Shown: positions 1 to 8,820 of the stretch, piece by piece
How positions within the stretch are numbered: the stretch's first letter is position 1
How the letters are laid out: each line of letters opens with the position of its first letter
Assembly (NCBI RefSeq): GCF_000172995.2
Contig: NC_014732.1
Location: 120,001 to 152,000 of the forward strand
DNA length: 32,000 nucleotides
Origin: Halogeometricum borinquense DSM 11551
Lineage (GTDB): Archaea > Halobacteriota > Halobacteria > Halobacteriales > Haloferacaceae
Direction of reading: 5' to 3'
Program-made: the position numbers and the translations under genes
The notes under the pieces: model-generated
What the model was told of the DNA's origin: nothing
Database searches by the model: none
Seen by the model: the letters and a program-made list of their open reading frames with translations, nothing else

Positions 1-498
1 CTCGTTTGCAACTTCGTCGATGCTCTCGCTCTGCTGTGTCGCCCCTTCGGCGATATCGTCTACCGAATCGGAGACGTTTCGGCTCGCGCTTCGACTGTCC
101 TCGACCGAATCAACGACGCTTTCGGTGGAGGCGGAAACCTGCTTCGCAAACACGTCCACGTCAGCCATCGTTCCGTGCAACTCCGCAAATAGATCGTTGA
201 GGGACTCCGCCAACTGAGCCATCTCGGGGTCGTCCGGCACATCCACTCGAACGCTCAGGTCACCGTCGGTGAACTGGTTTACTGCCGCGGTGAACTCCTC
301 GGCGAGAGCGGCCTTCGGAGACGAGTCGTCGGTGGTCGCATCTGTCGTCGCGTCAGGGGAGACGACGCTTCCACCGTCCGTGCCGACCCGTTCTGTTTCC
401 TGTGCCGACGACTCGCCGGTATCTCGCTTGAAAACCCTCGCTGCGAGTCGTTCTCGTAGCGATGGTTCCGGCGCGCTCGTGCCGTGGTTGTCTCTCAT
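1..498 (-). CDS. Halobacterial transducer / methyl-accepting chemotaxis protein, N-terminal part (C-terminus lies beyond the window start)
   Basis: Manual minus-strand translation from ATG 498..496: MRDNHGTSAPEPSLRERLAARVF...AAVNQFTDGDLSVRVDVPDDPEMAQLAESLNDLFAELHGTMADV (HAMP-like), then ...SVEDSRSASRNVSDSVDDIAEGATQQSESIDEVANE (start of the MCP signalling-domain heptads). The frame is open to position 1, so there is no stop in the window and the ORF is absent from the track. No hydrophobic N-terminal segments. Confidence 0.7.
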   Translation of the reverse strand, partial: MRDNHGTSAPEPSLRERLAARVFKRDTGESSAQETERVGTDGGSVVSPDATTDATTDDSSPKAALAEEFTAAVNQFTDGDLSVRVDVPDDPEMAQLAESLNDLFAELHGTMADVDVFAKQVSASTESVVDSVEDSRSASRNVSDSVDDIAEGATQQSESIDEVANE

Positions 499-569
499 TA
501 CGGTGACTTCTCTTGACTTTCAACTTAACCGTTGAGTGCGAAAAATCAAATGTGATAACGCCAGACAGC

Positions 570-1343
570 TTAGACTTCAGGCGATTCCATCACCTGTGGG
601 ACTCCCTGTGCCACGACTGTCTCACCGACGATGTACGACGAGGCGGGCGAGGCAAGGAACTGTGCGAGGTCGGCAATCTCCTCGGCTGTTCCGATGCGGC
701 GCTTTACCTCCTCACGGTCGATATTGTCGGCGGAGACGCCCATCTGTGATTCGACACCCGGCGTGGCGACGAATCCGGGTGCGATGCAGTTTACGCGGAC
801 GTTCTCGTCGGCCCACTCGTAGGCGAGCGTCGTCGTCAAATTGACCACGCCTGCCTTCGCCGCGCCGTAGTGACTCATAAACGGCGCACCCTCGGTTCCG
901 GCGACGCTAGCGAGGTTGATGACTGTCCCACCGCCGTCTTTCAGATACTCCCCGGCGACTTGGGTACAGTGGTACGTGCCGGTGAGATTGATGTCAACGA
1001 CGGTTTCCCACCCGTTCGCGGAGATGTCGTCGAACGACGACATGAACGACGCTCCCGCGTTGTTCACCAGACAGTCGAGGTCGCCGAACTCCTCGACGGT
1101 GGCCTCGACCAATGCCTCCACGGCCTCGCGGTCGGTCACGTCGCATTCGACGGCCAGCGCACGCCCGCCGTCGCCTTCGTTTATCCCGTCTGCAACAGGA
1201 TTTACGTTCCCTTGTTCGCGGGAGCAGACCACCACGTTCGCACCCTCCGCCGCGAAGCGTTCTGCGATGGTCTTTCCGATACCACTCGATGCACCCGTCA
1301 CGATGGCTGTCTGTCCATCAACACCGAATCGGTCCGCCGTCAT
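570..1343 (-). CDS. Short-chain dehydrogenase/reductase (FabG-like 3-oxoacyl reductase family)
   Basis: 257-aa ORF with ATG start and TAA stop. Rossmann motif TGASSGIGKTIAERFAAEGANVVVCSR, NNAG motif (LVNNAGA) and catalytic S...YGAAKAG (YxxxK). Confidence 0.9.
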   Translation of the reverse strand: MTADRFGVDGQTAIVTGASSGIGKTIAERFAAEGANVVVCSREQGNVNPVADGINEGDGGRALAVECDVTDREAVEALVEATVEEFGDLDCLVNNAGASFMSSFDDISANGWETVVDINLTGTYHCTQVAGEYLKDGGGTVINLASVAGTEGAPFMSHYGAAKAGVVNLTTTLAYEWADENVRVNCIAPGFVATPGVESQMGVSADNIDREEVKRRIGTAEEIADLAQFLASPASSYIVGETVVAQGVPQVMESPEV

Positions 1344-1489
1344 TGCTCTGCCTCCGTGATCCGTCTCTCGTCACTCATTCCGTCTTCTTCCTCTCGTGCA
1401 TCGTTAATCAAACCTCGCCTCAGGTTATCAACGTAAAACACTGACAACGTCGGAGTAACGCTTAAGAAATTTTGCGCACAACTGTGTGC

Positions 1490-1735
1490 ATGGGCGAGAC
1501 AGAGTACCGAAACGTCAGACTCACAGAAGACGCCTACCAGCGTCTGAAGATGCGTAAACAGGAGGGTGAGTCGTTCTCCGACACGGTCGCCCGAATTGCG
1601 GGCGAGCGGTCGCTGCTCGACTTAGCAGGAATCCTGTCCGACGACGAGGCCGACGCGATGCGCGATGCGATCCGAGAACGCGAGGAACAGTCACGTGACC
1701 GACTGGACCGCCTGTCCGACGAGATGGACTCGTGA
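1490..1735 (+). CDS. vapB: VapB-type antitoxin (archaeal PF02697-like putative antitoxin)
   Basis: MGETEYRNVRLTEDAYQRLKMRKQEGESFSDTVARI... matches the small archaeal antitoxin pattern (xVxLxxExYxxLxxxKxxxESFSDxIxRL). ATG at 1490; the track ORF starts upstream at TTG 1472. The stop overlaps the GTG start of the downstream PIN gene (GTGA, 1732-1735). Confidence 0.7.
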   Translation: MGETEYRNVRLTEDAYQRLKMRKQEGESFSDTVARIAGERSLLDLAGILSDDEADAMRDAIREREEQSRDRLDRLSDEMDS

Positions 1736-2124
1736 TCGTCGATACGAACGTTCTGATTCGGTTGATGCAGGGAGACGAGGATGCGACGCGGAAAATCCGC
1801 GAGTTGGAGGACGAACACGTTCCGCTCGCACTCTCGTCGATGACGCTGTTTGAACTGTATCACAGCGTCGAACGGGTGGACAGTCCCGACGAACGGCGTC
1901 GAAAGATTGCGTCCGTTATCGACTCGAAGCCGACGTACCCGGCTGACGGTGCAGTGATGAAGAAGGCGGGCCGCCTCGACGGTCGGTTGACGGACGACGG
2001 CCGCCAAGTCGGCATCGGAGATACGGTTATCGCGGCGACCGCGCTCGTTCACGAGGAACCCGTCCTCACCGAGAACGTCGCACACTTCGAGCGTATCGAC
2101 GGACTCGAAGTCGAATCGTATTAG
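1732..2124 (+). CDS. vapC: PIN-domain ribonuclease toxin VapC
   Basis: 130 aa. N-terminal MIVDTNVLI (first acidic PIN residue), GIGDTVIAATAL and the C-terminal LTENVAHFERI motif typical of VapC. Overlaps vapB by 4 nt. Confidence 0.85.
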   Translation: MIVDTNVLIRLMQGDEDATRKIRELEDEHVPLALSSMTLFELYHSVERVDSPDERRRKIASVIDSKPTYPADGAVMKKAGRLDGRLTDDGRQVGIGDTVIAATALVHEEPVLTENVAHFERIDGLEVESY

Positions 2125-2125
2125 C

Positions 2126-3340
2126 TTAGCCCTTGAACTCCGTGATTCCCTCGATGGCGGAGGGTTCAACGTCACGGTACGCGTCGCGTGCGATGACGCG
2201 TTTGTGTACTTCGTCCGCGCCGTCGATGAGACGGAACGCTCGCACGTCCTCGTAGAAGTCCGCAAGCGGCAGGTCCTTTGCGATACCGTTGCCGCCGCAC
2301 AGTTGCAAACAGTCGTCGATAACGTCTTGGACGACGTTCGCGGTGTACACTTTCGACATCGAAACGGGAATACGCGCCTCTTCGCCCGCAGCGATGCGTC
2401 CGGCGGCGTCTCTGACCATCGTCCGCACGGCGTGCAGGCGCGTTTCAGCCTCGGCGACGGTGAACCGTACCGACTGCTTCTCCGAGAGCGACGAGTCGAA
2501 CGCTTCCCGTTCTTTCGTGTACGCTTTGGCCACCTCCAGTGCGCGCGTTGCCATCCCGGTGTACCGCATGCAGTGCGTCAGACGCGCCGGACCGAGGCGT
2601 TGCTGGGCGTGTTCGAATCCACGGTTCTTCTCGCCCAGCAGGTTCTCTTCGGGCACGCGGACGTTCTCGTATCGGATCTCAGCGTGACTCGACCCGAGCA
2701 GGTCGCCGCCAACGTGGGGGATGTCGCGGACGATTTCCACGCCGTCGGCGTCGGCGGGGACGAGAAAGAGCGATGTCCCCTCGTAGGGATGTGCCTCGGG
2801 ATCCGTGCGCGCCATCACGATGAGCACGTCCGCCTCGCTTCCCTGCGTCGTCCACCACTTGTGGCCGTCGATGACCCATTCGTCACCCTCTTTGCGCGCC
2901 TCTGAGCGAATCATCTTCGGGTCGGATCCACCGCCCGGTGCGGGTTCGGTCATCGAGAATCCCGAGCGAATCTCGCCCGCCACGAGTGGCCGGAGATACT
3001 CCTCTTTCTGTGCCTCGGTGCCGACGAGTTCCAGCGTGTGCATGTTCCCCTCGTCGGGCGCAGCGATGCGCATCGCCGACGGTCCGAGGAGACTCCGGCC
3101 CGCCTCCTCGAACGCCGGCAGCACGTCACGGAAGTTCAACCCCTGCCCGCCGTACTCCGCAGGAATCTGCGGGGCATACAAATCCCGTTCGCGCGCCTCC
3201 TCGCGGAGGGCAGCTATCTCTTCGTCGGGCACCGGACCGTCCCCGAGGTAGTCGCGCTCGACCGGGATTACACGCTCGTCTACGAACTCCCGGACGCGTT
3301 TTGCGAGTTCGCGCGCTGTCTCGGTATCGTCGTACTCCAT
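2126..3340 (-). CDS. Acyl-CoA dehydrogenase, ACAD10/ACAD11 (FadE2)-like clade
   Basis: 404 aa. SGFSMTEPAPGGGSDP, KWWTTQGSEADVLIVMART, RLGPARLTHCMRYTGMATRALE and LIDGADEVHKRVIAR resemble the ACAD domain of ACAD10/11-type enzymes. Confidence 0.88.
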   Translation of the reverse strand: MEYDDTETARELAKRVREFVDERVIPVERDYLGDGPVPDEEIAALREEARERDLYAPQIPAEYGGQGLNFRDVLPAFEEAGRSLLGPSAMRIAAPDEGNMHTLELVGTEAQKEEYLRPLVAGEIRSGFSMTEPAPGGGSDPKMIRSEARKEGDEWVIDGHKWWTTQGSEADVLIVMARTDPEAHPYEGTSLFLVPADADGVEIVRDIPHVGGDLLGSSHAEIRYENVRVPEENLLGEKNRGFEHAQQRLGPARLTHCMRYTGMATRALEVAKAYTKEREAFDSSLSEKQSVRFTVAEAETRLHAVRTMVRDAAGRIAAGEEARIPVSMSKVYTANVVQDVIDDCLQLCGGNGIAKDLPLADFYEDVRAFRLIDGADEVHKRVIARDAYRDVEPSAIEGITEFKG

Positions 3341-3393
3341 ACGACATCCACGGAATAGAACAGTGTAAATCTATTTCCCGATAGAGGTTATTT

Positions 3394-4479
3394 TTGGTAG
3401 CGGAGCTGAACACAGTGACCGACGACGCGTACTTCCGGCGACTCGTGGACGTAGACGCCCTCCGTTCGTATCTCGAAACCGAACTCGGCCCGGAGTCGGC
3501 CTTCGACGTGGAACGGCATCCGGCGGGCCACTCGAACGAAACGCTGTTTCTGACGTGGGGGGCTCGTGATCTCGTTATTCGCCGTCCGCCACCGGGTGAG
3601 ACGGCTGAGACAGCGCACGACGTACTCCGCGAATATCGTGTCATGGACGCGCTACAACAGACACCAGTTCCCGTTCCGGAGACAGTGCTTGCGTGCGACG
3701 ACCACGACGTTCTCGGGAGCGACTTCTACGTCATGTCGCGTGTCGAGGGCGACGTCCTTCGAGACGAGGTGCCCGAACGGTTCGCTGATGAGGAGTCACG
3801 CCATCAACTTGGCTACGAACTCGTGGATACGCTCGCGGATATCCACGAGGTAGCTCCCGAGTCGGTCGGATTGGACGAGTTCGGGCACGCGCCGGGGTAC
3901 ACCGGACGGCAGGTCGAACGCTGGGGTAAGCAACTCGCGTGGGCGTTCGAGCGGACTACTGAGAAGCGCGCCGTCCCCGTCCTGCGAGAGGTGGGCGACT
4001 GGCTAGCGGAGAACGCTCCGACGGACCACCCCGAGACGCTGGTCCACGGCGACTACAAACTCGACAACGTGATGTACGCCCCGGAATCGGATCCGAATCT
4101 CGTCGCCGTCTTCGACTGGGAGATGAGTACGCTCGGCGACCCGCGTGCGGACCTCGGATGGATGCTGTCGTACTGGCGGGATGCGAAGGATCCCGATCCG
4201 GCGATTCCCGAACTGGAGACGACGTTCATGGAACGGTCGGGTTACGCGACGCGGCGCGAACTCGTCGAACGCTACGAGGAACGGACGGGAATCGAGTTCG
4301 AACACCACCGATTCTACCGCGCACTCGCCGTCTACAAACTCGCGGCCCTCGGAGAGATGTTCTTCCGCCGGTATCTGGAGGGTAACAGCGACGATCCGAT
4401 GTATCCGCTGATGGAAGAACGCGTCCCGGCGTTGGCTGACCGCGCAAAGCGCATCATCGATGGCGACGAACCCCTCTGA
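3394..4479 (+). CDS. Phosphotransferase-family kinase (APH / ACAD10/11 N-terminal kinase-like)
   Basis: 361 aa. HPAGHSNETLFLTW, catalytic loop HGDYKLDNVMY and FDWEMSTLGDPRADLG (APH Brenner and DxD-type motifs). Apparent TTG start at 3394. Divergent from the ACAD across a 53-bp spacer. Confidence 0.85.
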   Translation: MVAELNTVTDDAYFRRLVDVDALRSYLETELGPESAFDVERHPAGHSNETLFLTWGARDLVIRRPPPGETAETAHDVLREYRVMDALQQTPVPVPETVLACDDHDVLGSDFYVMSRVEGDVLRDEVPERFADEESRHQLGYELVDTLADIHEVAPESVGLDEFGHAPGYTGRQVERWGKQLAWAFERTTEKRAVPVLREVGDWLAENAPTDHPETLVHGDYKLDNVMYAPESDPNLVAVFDWEMSTLGDPRADLGWMLSYWRDAKDPDPAIPELETTFMERSGYATRRELVERYEERTGIEFEHHRFYRALAVYKLAALGEMFFRRYLEGNSDDPMYPLMEERVPALADRAKRIIDGDEPL

Positions 4480-4584
4480 GGCCGCGGCCCTTACTTTTCA
4501 TCTCTCCATCGTACAAGTCCAGGAACACGACGCAACGCATTTGTAACGCGTGTATCAACTCACAATACACACTGCCCTCCGATT

Positions 4585-5379
4585 ATGTCTGCAATCGACG
4601 CTACTGACCTCACGAAACGCTACGGGAACACGCTCGCCGTCGATGGTCTCTCGCTCGATATTCCCCAGGGAACCGTCTACGGCTTCCTCGGACCGAACGG
4701 TGCGGGCAAAACCACGACGATGCGGATGCTCACTGGACTGTTGCGACCGACTGACGGAACGGCCACTGTCAGTGGTGCGTCCGTCGCGGATCGGGACAAA
4801 CTGCGCCCGCGAATCGGATACCTACCCGAGGAGCCACCGTTATATGAACAGGCGACGGCGTACGAACAACTCGAATACGTCGGTGGCCTCCGCGGTCTCT
4901 CGGCTGACGACGTTCGCGCTCGCGGAGACGAACTGTTCGACGCGCTCGGTCTCGACGTCGGTTCCTCGGACCGCATTGCTGATTTCTCGAAGGGGATGCG
5001 ACAGAAGGTGGCGTACGCGCAGACGGTCATGCACGACCCGGATGTTGTCTTTCTCGACGAACCCACGTCAGGGCTGGATCCGCGAGCGGCCCGGACGCTT
5101 CGTGACCGGATTCAACGACTCGCGGACGACGGGACGACGGTGTTTCTCTCGACACATATCCTCCCGGTCGTCGAGGAGGCGGCCGACACCGTCGGTATCC
5201 TCTACGGCGGGTCGCTGGTCGCTGAGGGCTCTCCCGCGGAACTCGTCTCACGGGCCGAGAGCGGTGGCGGCGGAACGCTCGAAGACGCCTTCCTCGACGT
5301 AACGAGTGCCGACCCGACTGCGGACGACGATGCGGAGCGATCAGTGACACGGGACAAGGAGACAACGGTCGATGTCTGA
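4585..5379 (+). CDS. ABC transporter ATP-binding protein (ABC-2 / DrrA-like)
   Basis: 264 aa. Walker A GPNGAGKTT, signature FSKGMRQKV, Walker B VVFLDEPTSGLD and H-loop STHIL. Confidence 0.92.
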   Translation: MSAIDATDLTKRYGNTLAVDGLSLDIPQGTVYGFLGPNGAGKTTTMRMLTGLLRPTDGTATVSGASVADRDKLRPRIGYLPEEPPLYEQATAYEQLEYVGGLRGLSADDVRARGDELFDALGLDVGSSDRIADFSKGMRQKVAYAQTVMHDPDVVFLDEPTSGLDPRAARTLRDRIQRLADDGTTVFLSTHILPVVEEAADTVGILYGGSLVAEGSPAELVSRAESGGGGTLEDAFLDVTSADPTADDDAERSVTRDKETTVDV

Positions 5380-7039
5380 ACCGGGTTGGGTGCAGAACAC
5401 GATTCGAATCGGCCGCTTCGAGTTCAAACGCTCGTTCCGGGGCCTCCGTGAGAGTACGGGTCGATTCATCTTCACGATTCTCAGCACGCTAGTCCCGTCG
5501 GTGATGTTCCTCTTCATCGGTTTATTGCTCGTGAGTGCAATTTCCACCGACACAATCGCTATCTCGGACGGGCTTCGCGGCACGGTAGCGATGTTCTGGT
5601 CGTTCGCTGTCTTCCTCGTTACACAGCGGGTGGTTTCCACCTATCCCCGACCGGAGGCGGAGTCGTTGTTGCTCACCACGGCCTCCACGCGAAGCGTCGT
5701 GTTCGGCCTTGCTCTCGCGGAAACCCTCCGCGTCCTCGCCTACGCTATAGCGCCGATTCTCGTCCTCGCGGCACTGTTAGCCTATTCCATCGGGTCGGTC
5801 GTACTCATGGCCGTCGTTCCGCTCGTTGTCGTCCTCCTCGCCGTCACGGCTGTTGTGACTGGTTCGCTAATCGGCTACGGTATCGCGCTTCTCCTCGCCA
5901 CCTCGCCGTTCGTCGCACGGCACAAGACGGCGCTCAGTGTACCCGTTGTCCTCGTCTTCATGGGTGTGTTTTTTGTCTTTCAGGTCCCCGAAACGCTGGG
6001 CGTGAGTCGTTCGGCGTTCGGTTGGCTCCCGATGGGGTGGCTCGCCGACCTCGTGGCCGTCGGCACGCCGCTTTCCGGGTCCTCGGTCAACGCCGTCGGC
6101 GCGTTCGCGGGATCGATTCTCGTCCTCGTTCTCGGCGGCGTCCTCCTCGAACGCGAGGCGACAGCGTTGTGGTTCGGTGACGAGGTAGACCCAACGGCGA
6201 CGACGGACGAAAGCGGAATCGATTCACCTGTCGCTGACGCGGGAAGCAAGACTCGAACGTGGACTGGACTCCGTACCGCTATTTCACCGCTCGTCATTCC
6301 GTCTCGAATCGACCTCCCGACACGCCGCGTCGCTGAAATGACGCTCCTGCGCGCCCGCCGGGACCCGCGCCGACTCTCGTTCCTCATAATGCCGTTGGCC
6401 GTCCTTGTGGGGCCGTTATCGACTTCTGGGTCGTTTTCGAGTCTGCTCGAACAACTCCCGATTCTCTGCGTTACGTTCCTCCCGTGGATTTTCGGTGCGG
6501 CGATGACACTCAACCCGCTTGGTGACGAGGGGTCGGTTCTCCCGGTGACACTCGTCGCCGCGACACCCTCGCAGTTCATCCGTGGCATTCTCCTTCCGGG
6601 CGTCGTCTACGGCGCTCCGGTCGCCGCCGTCATCACCGCCGTCACCGCTGTTGGTGGTGGTTACTCGCTCCCCGTCGTTGTCGGTCTGGCGGCTGTCGCG
6701 GCGTTCGTCACGCTCGTCGCCGCGCCCGCGGGTGCCGCCGTCGGCGTCTACCTCCCCCGATTCAGCGCTGTCAGCGTCGGGCAGAGTAACGATGTACTCC
6801 CGCCCCGGACGAGCGCGATGATTGTCCACGGAATCCTGATAATCCCGCCTGCTGGACTCCTCGCGTATCTCGTCGCTTCGCCGGGCGTCGCCGAGTTCGT
6901 TTCCGAGATACTGCCGATAGTGACCCCGACAGCCGTTAGATTCGGTGTGTCGGCGGCTGCCGTTCTTGTGGGCGTCCTCGTCGGACTCACCGGCTACCGA
7001 ACCGCGATTCACCGCGTCCGCGATTACGAACCCACCTGA
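5372..7039 (+). CDS. Polytopic membrane protein, putative permease partner of the ABC ATPase
   Basis: 555-aa ORF with many long hydrophobic stretches. Its start overlaps the ATPase gene by 8 nt (5372-5379), consistent with translational coupling. No family motif recognised. Confidence 0.7.
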   Translation: MSEPGWVQNTIRIGRFEFKRSFRGLRESTGRFIFTILSTLVPSVMFLFIGLLLVSAISTDTIAISDGLRGTVAMFWSFAVFLVTQRVVSTYPRPEAESLLLTTASTRSVVFGLALAETLRVLAYAIAPILVLAALLAYSIGSVVLMAVVPLVVVLLAVTAVVTGSLIGYGIALLLATSPFVARHKTALSVPVVLVFMGVFFVFQVPETLGVSRSAFGWLPMGWLADLVAVGTPLSGSSVNAVGAFAGSILVLVLGGVLLEREATALWFGDEVDPTATTDESGIDSPVADAGSKTRTWTGLRTAISPLVIPSRIDLPTRRVAEMTLLRARRDPRRLSFLIMPLAVLVGPLSTSGSFSSLLEQLPILCVTFLPWIFGAAMTLNPLGDEGSVLPVTLVAATPSQFIRGILLPGVVYGAPVAAVITAVTAVGGGYSLPVVVGLAAVAAFVTLVAAPAGAAVGVYLPRFSAVSVGQSNDVLPPRTSAMIVHGILIIPPAGLLAYLVASPGVAEFVSEILPIVTPTAVRFGVSAAAVLVGVLVGLTGYRTAIHRVRDYEPT

Positions 7040-7070
7040 GTCGGATGCCCACCTGAATCGGGTGATTGCG

Positions 7071-7586
7071 TTACTCGGTTTCGTCGAGTCGTTCGAACAG
7101 TTCCGGATCGGTTTGGAACTTCAAGACGTTGTGAACCGCCGAGTTTCGGAGGTTAGACACGACCTTACCGTGGTTTTTGTAGAACTCGTGAATCCACTTC
7201 GACTGGGCTTGCGCCGACTCGAACATCATCACCGACTTCCACTGGTACTCGCCGTCCGAGAGGAAATAAAAGAGCGTGTGCGGGTCGTCGCGGATGTGGA
7301 CCATCGCGTCGTGCCACTCGTCGGCAAAGTGTTCGGGGTCGAACTTGAACTCGAACAGCGCGAAGGTGTAGTACTCCTCGTTCGGGACGATGGCCTCTCG
7401 GAAGACGCCTTCCTCGCGCATCCGACGAATCGTCTCCGAAATCGTGACGTGCGACACGTCGATGTCGTGTTTCTCCGCGAGAATCTGCGTTAACTCCCGC
7501 GAAGAGCGCTGCGGGTCCGCCGCTAACTCGCGGAGGATGACGGTGTCGCGCTCTTTAAACGTCCAGTCGGGGGCGTCGTCGTTCAT
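7071..7586 (-). CDS. Winged-helix (Lrp/AsnC-type HTH) transcriptional regulator
   Basis: Real start taken as ATG 7586 (MNDDAPDWTFKERDTVILRELAADPQRSSRELTQILAEKHDIDVSHVTISETIRRMREEGV...). The track ORF extends to 7898 through an R/S/T-rich, non-protein-like segment that overlaps the next gene. Confidence 0.7.
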   Translation of the reverse strand: MNDDAPDWTFKERDTVILRELAADPQRSSRELTQILAEKHDIDVSHVTISETIRRMREEGVFREAIVPNEEYYTFALFEFKFDPEHFADEWHDAMVHIRDDPHTLFYFLSDGEYQWKSVMMFESAQAQSKWIHEFYKNHGKVVSNLRNSAVHNVLKFQTDPELFERLDETE

Positions 7587-7680
7587 TCTCGTCTCGGTGA
7601 TTTCTGTCCCGGGTGGTGTCGCTTTCGGTCTGCCATCCACGTTGGGCCGAAGTGATTGTGAGTGGTTGCTCGTCTCTCCC

Positions 7681-8820
7681 CTAGAGTATCTGGTCTGCGA
7701 TGATGTTCTTTTGAATCTCGCTCGTCCCCTCGTATATCTTCGTAATGCGGGCGTCGCGGTAGAACCGCTCTGCGGGGTGGTCAGTGACGAATCCGGCTCC
7801 CCCGTGAACCTGTATCCCCTCGTCTGCAACATCGACTGCCTGCTCGCTGGCGAACAGTTTTGCCATGCTGGCGAATTTGGCGGCCGTCTGGTCGTCACCG
7901 TCTTCGACGTGCGTCGCCGCCCGATACGTCAGCGACCGCGCCGCTTCGATGTTCGTCGCCATCTCGGCCAGTTTGTGGCTGACCGCTTGATACTCGTGTA
8001 TCTTCTGCCCGCCCTGTTCGCGTTCGTTTGCGTAGTCGGTCGCGGCGTCCACTGCCGCCTGTCCGACGCCGACGGCCTGTGCGGCGACGCTCGTTCGACC
8101 ACCCGCGAAGAAGGTCATCAGTTGGTAGAAGCCCTGATCTACCGCGCCGATCACGTTCTCCGCAGGGACGCGAACGTCGTCGAGGACGACTTCAGCGAGG
8201 TCGGAGGCGCGGATGCCGAGTTTGTTCGATATTTTCGTCGTCTCGAACCCGTCGAGATCAGTCGGGACGAGAAACGCCGTGATTCCTCGGTGGCGCTCGC
8301 CGGGCGTCGTCTTCGCCATTACGACCGCCACGTCCGCGATGGTGCCGTTCGTAATCCACATCTTCGTCCCGTTCAGGACGTACTCGTCACCATCTTCTTC
8401 CGCACGCGTCTCGATACTAGCGACGTCCGAGCCGTGGGCCGGTTCGGAGATGCACGAACACGTCGCTGTGTCGCCGGCGGCGACTTTCGGCAACCACTCT
8501 TCTTTCATCCACTCGTCGCCGAATTTCTCTATCATCGTCGTGCCGAACCCGCGGGACCCGATTGCGCTTCCGATACCGGGATCGGCACGCCACAGTTCTT
8601 CGGTGATGACGGCCGTTGTCAGCATATCCATCCCGGCACCGCCGTATTCCTCGGGGATGCTCGGCGCGACGAGGTCGTACTTCGCCGCTTTCTCGACCAA
8701 CTCGTGGGGGTACTTTCGCTCTTCGTCGTGTTCGCGGGCGACAGGTCGGATCTCGTTCTCGCCGAACTCTCGCACCACGTCTCGAATCGTCCGTTGCTCC
8801 TCGTTCAGTTGGAAACTCAT
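7681..8820 (-). CDS. Acyl-CoA dehydrogenase (short/medium-chain type)
   Basis: 379 aa. CISEPAHGSDVASIETRA, KMWITNG, YQAVSHKLAEMAT and the C-terminal YRDARITKIYEGTSEIQ are classic ACAD motifs. The ATG overlaps the upstream ligase stop (ATGA at 8817-8820). Confidence 0.93.
   Translation of the reverse strand: MSFQLNEEQRTIRDVVREFGENEIRPVAREHDEERKYPHELVEKAAKYDLVAPSIPEEYGGAGMDMLTTAVITEELWRADPGIGSAIGSRGFGTTMIEKFGDEWMKEEWLPKVAAGDTATCSCISEPAHGSDVASIETRAEEDGDEYVLNGTKMWITNGTIADVAVVMAKTTPGERHRGITAFLVPTDLDGFETTKISNKLGIRASDLAEVVLDDVRVPAENVIGAVDQGFYQLMTFFAGGRTSVAAQAVGVGQAAVDAATDYANEREQGGQKIHEYQAVSHKLAEMATNIEAARSLTYRAATHVEDGDDQTAAKFASMAKLFASEQAVDVADEGIQVHGGAGFVTDHPAERFYRDARITKIYEGTSEIQKNIIADQIL

Noticed and set aside
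1534-2265. 243-aa minus-strand ORF across vapBC
   Set aside because: It is antisense to the well-supported vapB/vapC pair and to the ACAD 3' end. Its composition is Arg/Ser-rich.
5980-7012. Two roughly 200-aa minus-strand ORFs (5980..6588 and 6416..7012)
   Set aside because: They are antisense to the 555-aa polytopic membrane protein and encode Arg/Asp/Gly-rich junk.
7587-7898. N-terminal 104-aa extension of the 7071..7898 ORF
   Set aside because: The extension is S/T/R/P-rich and not protein-like, and it overlaps the 3' end of the ACAD gene. The ATG at 7586 gives a clean wHTH protein start.
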